Notes: generated by a model not told the origin, from the letters alone. A stretch of 63,644 bases of DNA from Campylobacterales bacterium (GCA_016744895.1 JADGDK010000002.1:1-63644); one strand, 5' to 3'. Shown: positions 30,488 through 41,724, counted from the first letter of the stretch. Numbers and translations: made by a program.

Positions 30488-30901
30488 ATGGAACAGATGA
30501 TCACAATGTCAATAAATCTTCACCTTTTTATCATAGGTGCTACAATTTTACTAGCCCTTTACAATATTTATGCGAGCTACAGTCTCAAAGATGAGGTGAA
30601 GTATATTAACCGTATGAAGTATATGCAACCGCAGTATCTTGCACTTGTTACAACTATCGCTTTTACCGGTATCATTGTTATGGCAGTGAACCACTTTGTG
30701 ATAAAACCCTCTTTGATACTTATGATTATTGCTATTTTAATTATCTATTTTACAAGTATCAAAAAACATATGATCAGAAAATATGCAAATACTAATAACC
30801 CAGAAAACATGTTATATTTACGAGGTTTTATAAAAAAGAAGTATGTCGGTGATATATTATTAATAATTTTAGTTGGTAGCGCTAGTTTTATGATGAGGTA
30901 A
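30488..30901 (+). CDS. Conserved integral membrane protein
   Basis: 4 TM segments, GGAG RBS, upstream of rsmE. Confidence 0.75.
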   Translation: MEQMITMSINLHLFIIGATILLALYNIYASYSLKDEVKYINRMKYMQPQYLALVTTIAFTGIIVMAVNHFVIKPSLILMIIAILIIYFTSIKKHMIRKYANTNNPENMLYLRGFIKKKYVGDILLIILVGSASFMMR

Positions 30902-30903
30902 AA

Positions 30904-31566
30904 ATGCAGTTTATCTATGATGAAAATGCTTCACAAGAGCTATTACAGATAAAAGATGAAAATTATCGCTATCTTTTTAAAGCACGACGTTTCAAAGTAG
31001 GGCAGGTAGTAAAGTTTCGAAATCTTCAAGATGATATTTTGTATTCTTACGAGATTGAGGATATTGGTAAAAAAGAGGCAACCCTCAAACTTACAGATAT
31101 GGTGAAGACAGCTAAAACAGATATGGAAAATTTACATCTTATTTGGTGTGTGATTGATGTTAAAGTTATTTATGCCACACTTCCGATGTTAAATCAAATT
31201 GGTGTCTCAAAAATTTCATTTGTCTATTGTGAACGAAGTCAGAAAAATTTTAAAATAGATCTTGAAAAGTGTCAAAAAATTCTTATCAATTCGTCTCAGC
31301 AATGTGGTAGAAGTGATTTGATGAAAATAGAATTGTATATGAGTTTAAATGATGTCTTACAAAAGTACGATAGTTTTGCAATTTTGGACTTTGGAGGTGA
31401 GACATCATGGAAAGAAATATCTTCGATTTTAATCGGCTGTGAAGGTGGTTTTAGCGAAGGTGAAAGACAACAGTTACAAAACAATTACAAAATAGGGTTG
31501 AAAACGAATTTTGTCTTAAAAAGTGAAACTGCGGCACTAACAATTGCTTCAAAACTCTTGATTTAA
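30904..31566 (+). CDS. rsmE: 16S rRNA m3U1498 methyltransferase
   Basis: SQQCGR, IGCEGGFS, VLKSETA SPOUT motifs. Confidence 0.93.
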   Translation: MQFIYDENASQELLQIKDENYRYLFKARRFKVGQVVKFRNLQDDILYSYEIEDIGKKEATLKLTDMVKTAKTDMENLHLIWCVIDVKVIYATLPMLNQIGVSKISFVYCERSQKNFKIDLEKCQKILINSSQQCGRSDLMKIELYMSLNDVLQKYDSFAILDFGGETSWKEISSILIGCEGGFSEGERQQLQNNYKIGLKTNFVLKSETAALTIASKLLI

Positions 31567-31590
31567 TTATTTATTTGTGTTATACTTATG

Positions 31591-31641
31591 GTTCCCCTCC
31601 CCCTATATGGCAGTAGGCTCTTTTGAGTCTGCTGTTTTTTT
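31591..31641 (+). ncRNA. Candidate ~50-nt sRNA with C-rich 5' seed and intrinsic terminator
   Basis: Extended -10 TGtTATACT (31578-86); CCCCTCCCCC (31594-603); 12-bp stem 31609-20/31625-36 followed by T-run. Confidence 0.55.
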
Positions 31642-31746
31642 CTACTAATTTATATCTTAAGCTTAAAATAAACAAAATTCAGTATAATTGCGCACTTAAA
31701 ACCCAATATCTTGTTATTAATATGCAAGAAAACATAAGGAAAAACA

Positions 31747-31947
31747 ATGAGAAAAGAAATACACCCAGACTATAAGACATGTCAAGTATCTTGTGCATGT
31801 GGACACAGCTTCGAGAGTAGATCAAACAAAGAAGAGATGAGAATCGATATCTGCAGTGAATGTCATCCATTTTTCACAGGTAGTGAGAAAATAGTAGATG
31901 CAGCTGGTAGAGTTGAGAAGTTTAAGAAAAAATATAACTTAAAATAG
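31747..31947 (+). CDS. rpmE: 50S ribosomal protein L31 (zinc-ribbon form)
   Basis: [31 protein letters not shown]; own TATAAT at 31683-88. Confidence 0.97.
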   Translation: MRKEIHPDYKTCQVSCACGHSFESRSNKEEMRIDICSECHPFFTGSEKIVDAAGRVEKFKKKYNLK

Positions 31948-31954
31948 TGTTAAT

Positions 31955-32042
31955 AAAAAAGCGACTAGTTGCTAGGGCACTCTGCCGAAGAGAACTTAGC
32001 GATAGCGTAGCTTTTTGGGCTTTTGCTCACAAAGCGTAAAGA
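31955..32042 (+). other. Structured intergenic element with two mutually exclusive stems
   Basis: AAAAAGC/GCTTTTT, TTGCTAGG/CTTAGCGA, GGCA-ctc-TGCC; alternative GCTTTTTGGGC-tttt-GCTCACAAAGC. Confidence 0.6.
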
Positions 32043-32849
32043 ATGTTACATTTTGTCCCCACACCGATTGGGAATTTAGAAGATATAACTTTCAGGAGTC
32101 TTAGACTCCTTGAGAGTGCAAAGATTATCCTTTGCGAAGATACAAGAGTCACGAAACGACTTTTACACCTCCTTAAAACAAAACATGAAATTACTCCACA
32201 AGTTGAACAATTTATCTCACTTCATTCTCATAATGAAAAAGAGGTTTTAAACGAGCTTAATCCTTCGATGTTTGATGGTATAGTTTTATATGTCAGCGAT
32301 GCCGGCATGCCAGCAGTAAGTGATCCTGGATGTGCATTGGTTGAGTATTGTCAAAAGCATAAGATAGAGTATGATGTGCTTCCTGGTGCAAATGCAGCTT
32401 TATTAGCATATGCTTCTAGTGGCTTTTGTGATACAAGATTTCTCTTTTTTGGATTTTTACCACATAAGGGTGGAGATCGTCAAGATCAGTTAAAAGAAGC
32501 TTTATTTAATGGATTTGTGACAATTCTCTATGAATCACCTCATAGAATTTTAAAACTTATTGATCAGGTTTGTGAAATAGCACCAAATAGGGAGCTTTTT
32601 TTAATCAAAGAAGCAACAAAATTACATCAAAAAAGTTTCAAAGGAACTGCCAAACATATTCAGATGCTTTTACAAGAGCACAATATAAAAGGTGAATGGG
32701 TTGTAGTAATCAAAGGTGAGAAAAAAGAGATTGGTACAATTACAGTAGATGAAATTCTCAAACTTGACCTTCCAAAGAAGCAAATTGCCAAAATGATTGC
32801 TAAAATCACAGGAAAATCTCCAAAAGAGTGCTATAGTGATCTACTTTAA
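32043..32849 (+). CDS. rsmI: 16S rRNA C1402 2'-O-methyltransferase
   Basis: PTPIGNLEDIT, CEDTRVT, VSDAGMPAVSDPG, YESPHRI, KGEWV. Confidence 0.95.
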   Translation: MLHFVPTPIGNLEDITFRSLRLLESAKIILCEDTRVTKRLLHLLKTKHEITPQVEQFISLHSHNEKEVLNELNPSMFDGIVLYVSDAGMPAVSDPGCALVEYCQKHKIEYDVLPGANAALLAYASSGFCDTRFLFFGFLPHKGGDRQDQLKEALFNGFVTILYESPHRILKLIDQVCEIAPNRELFLIKEATKLHQKSFKGTAKHIQMLLQEHNIKGEWVVVIKGEKKEIGTITVDEILKLDLPKKQIAKMIAKITGKSPKECYSDLL

Positions 32850-32884
32850 CTATAGGTTAACTTTTTTTTAGTAAAATGTCACGC

Positions 32885-33562
32885 ATGATACTATACGGTA
32901 AACAAATATTTTTTTATATTGCAAAAAACTATCCAGATCTTATTGAAGAAATTTATTTGGCAAAAGATGTTGATAAAAAGACTTTTTCAACTATCACTAA
33001 GTTAAATAAAAAGATTATCAAACTTGATCCTATGAAAGCACAAAGCATGGCACGCGGTGGAAACCATCAAGGTTTTCTTTTAAAAACAAGTTTTATTGAA
33101 TTTGCTGAAGTTAAAGATCTTAAAAAGGAAGATTTTCTACTCGTGCTTGTTGGTATTACTGATGTTGGAAATATCGGAGCTATTATCAGAAGTGCCTATG
33201 CATTTGGTGTAGACGGTGTAATCGTCAGCGGTGTATCTTCTTTAGCGTTGGAAGGTGTAGTGAGAGCTAGTAGTGGTTCTGTACTTGCCATGCCTATAGC
33301 AATTTTTAAAGATACAGCAACCTTGGTAAATGAATTGAAGCAGATAGGTTTTAAAACTTATGCAGCGGATATGAGTGGTGACGATGTAAGAGATGTCCCT
33401 AGTAGTAAGAAAAAAGTTTTATTATTAGGTAGTGAAGGTGAAGGTATTTCAAATAGAATTTTAAAAATGTGTGACCAAAAACTTAAGGTTGTGATGGAGC
33501 GAGACTTTGATTCACTAAATGTGAGTGCAGCCGCAGCAATACTATGTGATAGGATGAGATAA
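32885..33562 (+). CDS. rlmB: 23S rRNA G2251 2'-O-methyltransferase
   Basis: NHQG, DVGNIGAIIRSA, GSEGEG, DSLNVS; start 32885 preferred over 32876. Confidence 0.92.
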   Translation: MILYGKQIFFYIAKNYPDLIEEIYLAKDVDKKTFSTITKLNKKIIKLDPMKAQSMARGGNHQGFLLKTSFIEFAEVKDLKKEDFLLVLVGITDVGNIGAIIRSAYAFGVDGVIVSGVSSLALEGVVRASSGSVLAMPIAIFKDTATLVNELKQIGFKTYAADMSGDDVRDVPSSKKKVLLLGSEGEGISNRILKMCDQKLKVVMERDFDSLNVSAAAAILCDRMR

Positions 33563-34612
33563 ATGGAAGAAGGCAAGAAACAACAGGAACAACATAGTGT
33601 TGATTATCTAATTAAGCAAGGGTATAAAAAACTTTCTGCAAAGACCTTTATTAGTGATGTTGATTTAGAGCAATTTTTAAATAAAGATTTTTCAAATATT
33701 AACAAAACACGGGCTTTAGGTTTTATTCAAATTTTAGAACGAGAGTATAATGTTGACTTAAGTGAGCTAAGATCGGATTATCTGACATATGAGAGTTCTC
33801 ATAGACCTGAGGAACCTGAGACACTTTTTACAGAGACTCCAATAGCAAATGATAAAGAGTGGCAAAAATATCTTCCTTTTATAGCGGCAGCTTTAGTCAT
33901 TTTTGGATTAGCCTTTTATCTATTTCGTCCAAGTATTGAGAGTGTTCAAACTCCAGAACCACAAATCAAACAATTAGAAGAAAATAAAAGTGTTATCAAT
34001 GAAGCTCAAAAAAATATTGAAAAACTTGAGACTAATAAAACGATAGTGACAGTTATTGAAAAGAATTTAACACAAGAGAACAATATATCTACTTTGTCAA
34101 AGACATCTACAAATGATGATCTAGACCTTGATAAAATAGTACTTCAAATGATGAAAGAGAGAAATATTTCATCCCAAGATTCTAACTTGACTCTTGATAT
34201 AAATAAGAGTATAAAAACTGTAAAAGAACCAATCGTTAATGAAGTTCAAAAGAAGCCAGCACCAGTAGTTATAAAAGATGTAGCTACTGGCTCTACAGTA
34301 AAAGAAGAATCTAAAAAGAAAATGTTAACAAAAAGAGAACTTTATATCAAGCCAAAACAAAAAGCTTGGGTAGGCGTTATATATTTAGATGATTTCACAA
34401 AAAAGGATTTTTTAATCCGTACTAAGTTACCATTAGATGCAAATCGTAACCAATTAATAATAGTAGGTCATGGAAAATTCAAAATTTTTAATAAATCCTA
34501 TTCTGTAAAGTTTAGAGGTAAAGGACCAGTAAGATTTATCTACAGAGATGGAGAATTAATGGAAATTAGTAAAAAAGAGTTTATTAGAACTAGTGCAGGT
34601 GTAGCTTGGTAA
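33563..34612 (+). CDS. RodZ-like single-TM protein
   Basis: N-terminal degenerate HTH (GFIQILEREY), TM, linker, C-terminal beta domain with WVG. Confidence 0.65.
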   Translation: MEEGKKQQEQHSVDYLIKQGYKKLSAKTFISDVDLEQFLNKDFSNINKTRALGFIQILEREYNVDLSELRSDYLTYESSHRPEEPETLFTETPIANDKEWQKYLPFIAAALVIFGLAFYLFRPSIESVQTPEPQIKQLEENKSVINEAQKNIEKLETNKTIVTVIEKNLTQENNISTLSKTSTNDDLDLDKIVLQMMKERNISSQDSNLTLDINKSIKTVKEPIVNEVQKKPAPVVIKDVATGSTVKEESKKKMLTKRELYIKPKQKAWVGVIYLDDFTKKDFLIRTKLPLDANRNQLIIVGHGKFKIFNKSYSVKFRGKGPVRFIYRDGELMEISKKEFIRTSAGVAW

Positions 34613-35421
34613 GAACCTTTGTAGTTTTATCATTATTATTAAGTTTTATCAACGCGAGTGCACTACATGTGGAACTTGAAAATATTTTAGGTCAAAATAG
34701 TTATTTAGCTAAAAAGAAATTTTTAAAGATTATTTTTAAAGATCAGCAGAAATTTTATGCAGGAAGTCAAGTAGATATCCATAAGGTGTTGTCAACACTT
34801 AAAGAAAATAATTTAATACGACTTGATTTTAAAAAAAGTAGAACGTTGCATTTAAGTTTTGCAACAGAACAGAATAATCCGTTAATTTTTATAAAAATGA
34901 TTCAAAATAGTTTGAATACACTAGGATATAATACACCTGTAACTGAAAAAGTTATGCGTGATTCTAGTGGGTTTTTATATAAAGTGATACTTAAAACTTC
35001 ATCAGCTGTTGATCCAGTTCTTTTTGCAAGTGAGTTAAAGAAACAAGGCTGTTATATTGCTCAAATGAAACGATATTCAAAAGTAAATTGGAGATACAAT
35101 ATTAATATATTTGATATAGATATTGTTCCAACTGAAACAATATTTAATAAAAAAATGGTTTTAAAAAAGCCATTAAATCCTTATTGGATTGATGTAGAAC
35201 GTGCTAAAACTTTAGTGGTTAGTAGCTCTAGATCAAATAGTTGGCATCCTTATATGGTTTTTTATGATAGAGATTTAAAAATTCTTGATACCATCTCAAA
35301 AGAGATAAAAAGCTATAATGAAAAACTAAGCATTCCACGAAATGCAAAATATGTAAAAATTAGCGATATATACACTCTTGAAAATATAAAAAGAGGGTTG
35401 AGCATTTACATATCAAAATAA
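34606..35421 (+). CDS. Conserved exported protein
   Basis: Signal peptide; YVKISDIYTLENIKRGL; syntenic before aminotransferase. Confidence 0.7.
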   Translation: MVRTFVVLSLLLSFINASALHVELENILGQNSYLAKKKFLKIIFKDQQKFYAGSQVDIHKVLSTLKENNLIRLDFKKSRTLHLSFATEQNNPLIFIKMIQNSLNTLGYNTPVTEKVMRDSSGFLYKVILKTSSAVDPVLFASELKKQGCYIAQMKRYSKVNWRYNINIFDIDIVPTETIFNKKMVLKKPLNPYWIDVERAKTLVVSSSRSNSWHPYMVFYDRDLKILDTISKEIKSYNEKLSIPRNAKYVKISDIYTLENIKRGLSIYISK

Positions 35422-35446
35422 ATAATTAAATATAGGTAAATAATAA

Positions 35447-36664
35447 ATGTTTGACGAAATACAATTTAACACAATAGATAGACTCCCAAATTATGTTTTT
35501 GCGGAGATTAATGCAATCAAATTAAAAGCAAGACAAAATGGCGAAGATATTATTGACTTTAGCATGGGAAATCCTGACGGAGCTACACCCCAGCATATCG
35601 TTGATAAACTTATAGAGACAGCGGGAAAACCTAAAAACTACGGATATTCTGCAAGTAAAGGAATTTTTAAACTTCGTTTAGCAGTTTGTAATTGGTACAA
35701 AAGAAAATATAATGTAGATCTTGATCCTGAAACTGAAGCAGTAGCCACAATGGGTTCCAAAGAAGGGTATGTACATCTTGTAAAAGCGATTACAAATCAT
35801 GGTGATGTCGCTGTGGTTCCTGAACCTGCTTATCCTATCCATACGCATGCATTTATCATTGCAGGTGGCAATGTTGTCAAAATGCCTTTGGAATTTAATG
35901 ATGCTTATGAATTAGATGAAGAAGTATTTTTTGATAATCTTCACAAAGCTTTTAATGAATCTATGCCTCGTCCAAAGTTTGTTGTTGTAAACTTTCCACA
36001 TAATCCGACAACAGTGACCGTAGAAAAACCATTTTATGAGAGACTTGTAGCACTTGCAAAGAAAGAGCGTTTTTATATTATTAGTGATATTGCTTATGCA
36101 GATATTACATTTGATGGTTATAAAACTCCTTCTATCCTTGAAGTTGAGGGTGCAAAAGATGTAGCTGTTGAGAGTTATACGCTTTCAAAAAGTTACAATA
36201 TGGCTGGTTGGAGAGTTGGATTTTTTGTAGGAAACCCAAAGATGATCGGTGCACTTCAAAAGATCAAATCATGGTTTGATTATGGAATGTTTACGCCTAT
36301 TCAAGTGGCGGCTACTGTTGCACTTGATGGTCCACAAGAGTGTCAAGATGAGATTGTTGCAAAGTATAAATATAGAAGAGATGTTCTTTGTGAGAGTTTT
36401 TATAATGCTGGATGGGCATTTGAAAAACCAAAATCTTCTATGTTTGTTTGGGCAAAACTTCCTCCTGAAGCTGCGCATTTAGGTAGTATGGAATTTTCAA
36501 AACAACTCTTAACAGAAGCCAAAGTTGCTGTAAGTCCAGGAATTGGATTTGGAGAACATGGTGATCAATATGTGCGTATTGCTTTGATTGAAAATGAAAA
36601 AAGAATTAGACAAGCTGCACGAAATATAAAAAAATATTTACAAACTCTGAAGGATGCTAAATAA
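35447..36664 (+). CDS. PLP aminotransferase class I/II (LL-diaminopimelate aminotransferase / AlaC-like)
   Basis: LPNYVF, FSMGNPD, GSKEG, NFPHNPT, DIAYAD, TLSKSYNMAGWRVG. Confidence 0.9.
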   Translation: MFDEIQFNTIDRLPNYVFAEINAIKLKARQNGEDIIDFSMGNPDGATPQHIVDKLIETAGKPKNYGYSASKGIFKLRLAVCNWYKRKYNVDLDPETEAVATMGSKEGYVHLVKAITNHGDVAVVPEPAYPIHTHAFIIAGGNVVKMPLEFNDAYELDEEVFFDNLHKAFNESMPRPKFVVVNFPHNPTTVTVEKPFYERLVALAKKERFYIISDIAYADITFDGYKTPSILEVEGAKDVAVESYTLSKSYNMAGWRVGFFVGNPKMIGALQKIKSWFDYGMFTPIQVAATVALDGPQECQDEIVAKYKYRRDVLCESFYNAGWAFEKPKSSMFVWAKLPPEAAHLGSMEFSKQLLTEAKVAVSPGIGFGEHGDQYVRIALIENEKRIRQAARNIKKYLQTLKDAK

Positions 36665-37933
36665 ATGGTAAATGTAGCAATTATCGGTGTTGGTACTGTA
36701 GGACAAAGTGTAGCAAAGATTTTAGAAGATAATAAAACTCTTATCAGTGCAAGAGCAGGAAAAGAGATCAATGTTGTTAAAGGTGCAGTACGTGATTTAT
36801 CCAAAAAACGTAATACTACAATTGCTTTGACAGATAATATAGATGAAGTATTAAGTGATGACTCTATTGATATTGTAGTAGAGCTTATGGGTGGTGTTGA
36901 TGAACCTTTTAAAGTTGTTAAAAAAGCACTCACCAATGGCAAGGCTGTAGTAACTGCAAATAAAGCACTTCTTGCCTATCATCGATATGATTTACAAGAG
37001 ATTGCGGGAGCACTTCCTATCGGTTATGAAGCGAGTGTTGCAGGTGGAATTCCTATCATTAACGCTCTTAAAGTTGGTCTAAGTGCAAATCAAATCATGT
37101 CTATTAAAGGTATCATGAATGGTACATGTAACTATATGCTGACAAAGATGAGCCAAGAGGGTGTCAGTTTTGATGCCATTTTAAAAGAAGCACAAGAGTT
37201 AGGATACGCTGAGGCTGATCCTACATTTGATATAGGTGGATTTGATGCCGCACATAAGCTTTTGATTTTGGCTTCTATTGCTTATGGTATTGATGCAAAG
37301 CCTGAAGATATTTTGATTGAAGGTATTGAAAATATCAATGGACATGATATAGAGTTTGCAAAAGAGTTTGGCTATAGCATTAAACTTTTAGCAATTGCTA
37401 AAAAATCAGGAAACAATATTGAGCTTAGGGTTCACCCCGTATTGATTAAAGAGTCACAGATGATTGCTAAAATTGACGGTGTGATGAATGGTGTTAGTGT
37501 AATTGGCGATTTTGTAGGTGAAACTTTATATTATGGTGCTGGTGCTGGTGGAGATGCTACTGCAAGTGCTGTGGTTTCAGATATTGTAGAAATTGTCAGA
37601 GCTGGGCAAAGTTCACCGATGTTAGGATTTAAAAAGCCTCATGAGAGTCAGATTTTAAAATTGATCTCTACTGATGAGATAGAGAGTGAGTATTATCTTA
37701 GAATGAGAGTTCAAGATAAATCGGGTGTGTTAGCGACCATAGCTCAGATTTGTGCAGATAATGAAATATCACTTGAAACCATTTTACAAAAAACAACAGA
37801 TGATAAAAATATAGCGATGCTTTTATGTGCAACACATCTATGTAAAGAGAAACAGATAAAACAAGCGATCAGCGAAATTGAAGCGTTGGAAGCTTTAGAA
37901 GATAAAGTTTCTATGATTAGGATAGAAGAGTAA
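36665..37933 (+). CDS. hom: Homoserine dehydrogenase with ACT domain
   Basis: GVGTVG, VVTANK, EASVAGGIP, AQELGYAEADP, GAGGDATASAV. Confidence 0.97.
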   Translation: MVNVAIIGVGTVGQSVAKILEDNKTLISARAGKEINVVKGAVRDLSKKRNTTIALTDNIDEVLSDDSIDIVVELMGGVDEPFKVVKKALTNGKAVVTANKALLAYHRYDLQEIAGALPIGYEASVAGGIPIINALKVGLSANQIMSIKGIMNGTCNYMLTKMSQEGVSFDAILKEAQELGYAEADPTFDIGGFDAAHKLLILASIAYGIDAKPEDILIEGIENINGHDIEFAKEFGYSIKLLAIAKKSGNNIELRVHPVLIKESQMIAKIDGVMNGVSVIGDFVGETLYYGAGAGGDATASAVVSDIVEIVRAGQSSPMLGFKKPHESQILKLISTDEIESEYYLRMRVQDKSGVLATIAQICADNEISLETILQKTTDDKNIAMLLCATHLCKEKQIKQAISEIEALEALEDKVSMIRIEE

Positions 37934-37944
37934 AAGAGTAGTGG

Positions 37945-40008
37945 ATGAAAAAGATTGATTCAGTTTGTGCATATTGTGGAGTTGGCTGTGATATAGAAGC
38001 TAGCGTTGAAAATAATCAAATTCAATCAATCACCGCACGACCTGAAGGTGAAGTAAGTGAAGGTGAGCTTTGTATCAAAGGTAAGTTTGGCTTTGATTTT
38101 GCCCAGTCACCAAATCGCCTGAGTGCTGTTAAAATAAAAAAGAGTTTTATTGATAAAAATATACTTTTTTTACCCAAAGCTTTAAAAGATAATTTACTCA
38201 CTTATGAAGTAGATGAAAATGGATATATCTATCCACCTGTTGCATTGGCGTATCAATTAACTGCTTGGAAAATAAAGACAATCACTTCTCAACATGGAAA
38301 TACCTCTTATGCTTCTATTGGTGGGGCTAGAGGAAATTGTGAAAGTTCATATTTGCTTCAAAAGTTTACCAGACAAGTGGTGAAGTCTCCACATATTGAT
38401 AATTGTGCACGTGTATGTCATGCTCCTACATTGAAGGGCATGCGTTCTATTATTGGTGAAGGTGCGGCGACAAATCCATTTAGTGATATCAAAAACTGTG
38501 AATTTATGATTGTTATTGGTTCAAATACTACAGAAGCACATCCCATAGTGGCAAATAAAATTATAAGAGCGAAACAAAATGGTACTGGTTTAGCAGTATT
38601 TGATGTACGTGATATCGCTTTGTCTAAGTTTGCTGATTTTAATTGTGTGATTCCCTATGAGTCAAATCTTCTTATTTTAAATATGCTTGCGTTTATTATC
38701 ATCAGTGAAGAACTTTATGATAAAGATTTTATTGAAAATAGAAGTCTAGAATTTGAAAATTATAAAGCGCAAATTTTAAATGATCCTTATTGTGACCCTG
38801 AGTTTTTTCAGCAGATCGAGGGTTATGAGTATTTAACTCAATTACTTAAAAAAGTAGCAAGGGATTATGCTTCTAAAAAATCACTGATACTTTGGGGACT
38901 TGGAATCACAGAGCATCTTGATGGAAGTTATGCAGCAGCTGCTATTTGTCATTTGGCAGTGATGACGGGAAATGTTGGCAAAAGTGGAGCAGGGCTTATG
39001 CCCCTTCGTGGTCAAAATAATGTTCAAGGCACATGTGATATGGGTTGTTTACCATACTACAATCCAGACTATGAACAACCTCTAGTGGAAGGTAAAAAAA
39101 CACCTGATATCATAAATGCTATAGATGCTGGTGAAATTAAAGTACTCTTTAATATGGGTGAAGATATTGCACATATCCATCCAAATCAAAACAAGATCCA
39201 AAGCGCATTGAAAAAGCTTGATTTATTGGTTGTAAATGAACTTTTTGATAATGAAATTACACAGTTTGCTGATATTGTATTTGGTGTCAAAAGTGCTTAT
39301 GAAAAAACAGGTGTTTATGTCAATGCTGAGCGTCGTTTACATCTCTCCCAACCACTGATTACAAGTGATCTTCCGGATGACTGGGAAGTATTACACGGTA
39401 TCTCTAAAGCACTTGATTGTGATTTTGGATATAAGAGTAGTAGAGATATTTGGGATGAAGTTCAGGTAGAAGTACCTAAACGATTTTTAGGTGCCAATTA
39501 TGATAAGTTGGAAGCAAATAGAGTTAGAGGACTTCAGTGGCCAGTGACTGAAAATGATTTACCGATTTTGCATATTGATGCTTTTAGAACCAAAAATGGT
39601 TTAGCAACTTTTAGATATAAAAAATATGTCTTAAGAGGTCAAGTCAAAGAGATTTTAAATGATAACAGAGATAATTTTTATCTCACAACGGGACGTACGC
39701 TTGCCCATTATAATAATGCTGCACAAACTAAAGAGAGTCCCAAACTGATTAAAAAACATGGTGAAGATGTTTTGATGGCAAGTACAGAGGATGCAGAATT
39801 TTTTACAGATAAAACTCATGTTGTATTAAGATCGAGATATGGCAAAACTGAGTCTTTGAAAATTAAACTCTCAAAAAGAGTTAAAAAAGGAACGTTATTT
39901 ACTACCTTTCACCATGCCAAATCAAAGATCAACTTTTTGTTTGGAGATGAGAGTGATGAATTAACAAAAACTGCACGGTTTAAATCGATCAAGGTTATTG
40001 TTGAGTAG
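37945..40008 (+). CDS. Molybdopterin oxidoreductase, FdhF/formate dehydrogenase alpha-like (Cys ligand)
   Basis: [13 protein letters not shown] 4Fe-4S; DNCARVCH; GSNTTEAHP; [10 protein letters not shown]; TTGR..HYN; no Tat signal. Confidence 0.85.
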   Translation: MKKIDSVCAYCGVGCDIEASVENNQIQSITARPEGEVSEGELCIKGKFGFDFAQSPNRLSAVKIKKSFIDKNILFLPKALKDNLLTYEVDENGYIYPPVALAYQLTAWKIKTITSQHGNTSYASIGGARGNCESSYLLQKFTRQVVKSPHIDNCARVCHAPTLKGMRSIIGEGAATNPFSDIKNCEFMIVIGSNTTEAHPIVANKIIRAKQNGTGLAVFDVRDIALSKFADFNCVIPYESNLLILNMLAFIIISEELYDKDFIENRSLEFENYKAQILNDPYCDPEFFQQIEGYEYLTQLLKKVARDYASKKSLILWGLGITEHLDGSYAAAAICHLAVMTGNVGKSGAGLMPLRGQNNVQGTCDMGCLPYYNPDYEQPLVEGKKTPDIINAIDAGEIKVLFNMGEDIAHIHPNQNKIQSALKKLDLLVVNELFDNEITQFADIVFGVKSAYEKTGVYVNAERRLHLSQPLITSDLPDDWEVLHGISKALDCDFGYKSSRDIWDEVQVEVPKRFLGANYDKLEANRVRGLQWPVTENDLPILHIDAFRTKNGLATFRYKKYVLRGQVKEILNDNRDNFYLTTGRTLAHYNNAAQTKESPKLIKKHGEDVLMASTEDAEFFTDKTHVVLRSRYGKTESLKIKLSKRVKKGTLFTTFHHAKSKINFLFGDESDELTKTARFKSIKVIVE

Positions 40009-40321
40009 GCAAAAAGGTAATTTTGCTGAAGATAGAGCAGTTGACTATCTGCAAGGATTAAATTTTTTGGTGATAGATCGAAACTATTACTCACGTTTTG
40101 GTGAAATTGATATCATTGCGACAAAAGATGAAATTTTACATTTTATTGAAGTTAAAAGTGGAGAGTATGATCCTATCTATCAGATTACACCTTCTAAACT
40201 TTCCAAAATACAAAAAACTGCTCAGATCTACATGAGTAAAAAGAGACTAGATATGGATTTTTGCATAGATGCATTAATCGTCACAGAAAATATTGAATTA
40301 ATCGAGAATATAACATTATGA
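39998..40321 (+). CDS. yraN: YraN (UPF0102) PD-(D/E)XK nuclease family
   Basis: GNFAE, RNY, GEIDIIA, HFIEVKS. Confidence 0.9.
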   Translation: MLSRQKGNFAEDRAVDYLQGLNFLVIDRNYYSRFGEIDIIATKDEILHFIEVKSGEYDPIYQITPSKLSKIQKTAQIYMSKKRLDMDFCIDALIVTENIELIENITL

Positions 40322-41664
40322 AATTTGAAACACTGAATTTAACACCTGCTATGCATAAAAACTTAAATGAGTTGGGTTTTGTCAAGATGACTGAAATTCA
40401 AGAACAAAGTCTTCCTTATACTTTGAAAGGTTTAGACATCATTGCTCAAGCAAAGACGGGTAGTGGAAAAACTTTGGCATTTGGCATACCACTTTTACAA
40501 AAGCTAAATGTTAAAAAATTCCAGCCTCAAGCACTTATCATGTGCCCCACTCGTGAACTTGCAGATCAAGTAGCAGTTGAGTTAAGAAAAATAGCCAGAT
40601 TTCAACACAATATCAAGATACTCACACTCTGTGGAGGATCACCTATGCGTCCTCAAATTCAATCACTTTACCATGGAGCACATGTAATTGTGGGAACACC
40701 TGGGCGTATACAAGATCATATAGGCAAGAATACTTTAGATCTTAATATGATTAATACTGTAGTGCTTGATGAAGCAGATAGGATGCTAGATATGGGATTT
40801 ATAGATGTAATGGAGCATATTCTTGAACATGTACCTACAAAGCGTCAGACGATGCTATTTTCTGCTACATTTGGTGATGATATAGATGCGCTTAGTTCAA
40901 AGATCACCAATGACCCTAAAATGGTAAAAATTGAGGGTGCAGAGGAAAATAGAAATATTAAACAGGTTTTTTATCCAACGCATAAAGATCAAAAATTTGA
41001 AGCACTTTTAAAACTTTTAAGAACTTATAATCCTGAATCTTCTATCATCTTTTGTAACATGAAGGTTTTGGTAAAAGAAGTTGCTGAGGGGCTTCAAGAT
41101 GAAGGTTTTGATGCACTTGATTTGCACGGAGATTTAGAACAGATAGATCGAACAGAGACACTTTTACAATTTGCAAATCGCAGTTGTAGTGTGTTAGTAG
41201 CTACTGATGTTGCTGCACGTGGACTTGATATAGATGATGTAGATGTGGTTATAAATTATGATTTACCACGTGATGACGAGAGTTATGTTCATAGAATTGG
41301 AAGGACTGCTCGAGCAGGTAAAAGTGGTATAGCACTTTCACTTGCTAGTAAATATGAACTCTCTAAGTTCCCAGATGCCGATGTAAAAAGTTTGGATGAT
41401 TTGGATGAAGATTTAAGTATCACGATCCAAGCTTCTATGACAACACTTTGCATCTCTGGTGGAAAGAAAAATAAACTTCGAGCGGGAGATATCTTGGGTA
41501 CTCTTTGTATTGCTATTGGTTTAAATAAAGAAGATGTTGGGAAAATAAATTTACAAGACCGTCACACTTATGTCGCAATTAAAAAAAGTATGTTTGACAA
41601 AGCATTTAAGGGGCTTCAAAGAGAGAAGATCAAAGGGCGAAACTTTAAAGTTTTTAGAGTCTAA
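40318..41664 (+). CDS. dbpA: ATP-dependent RNA helicase DbpA
   Basis: [30 protein letters not shown]-terminal [14 protein letters not shown]. Confidence 0.93.
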   Translation: MKFETLNLTPAMHKNLNELGFVKMTEIQEQSLPYTLKGLDIIAQAKTGSGKTLAFGIPLLQKLNVKKFQPQALIMCPTRELADQVAVELRKIARFQHNIKILTLCGGSPMRPQIQSLYHGAHVIVGTPGRIQDHIGKNTLDLNMINTVVLDEADRMLDMGFIDVMEHILEHVPTKRQTMLFSATFGDDIDALSSKITNDPKMVKIEGAEENRNIKQVFYPTHKDQKFEALLKLLRTYNPESSIIFCNMKVLVKEVAEGLQDEGFDALDLHGDLEQIDRTETLLQFANRSCSVLVATDVAARGLDIDDVDVVINYDLPRDDESYVHRIGRTARAGKSGIALSLASKYELSKFPDADVKSLDDLDEDLSITIQASMTTLCISGGKKNKLRAGDILGTLCIAIGLNKEDVGKINLQDRHTYVAIKKSMFDKAFKGLQREKIKGRNFKVFRV

Positions 41665-41724
41665 AATACTTTACTAAAAAGCCGTGGTATGTTATAATCC
41701 CAAAAATTTTTGAGGGTTAATTAG

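Noticed and set aside
38395-38425. Possible selenocysteine in the FDH-like enzyme
   Set aside because: Active-site codon is TGT (Cys) and there is no in-frame TGA
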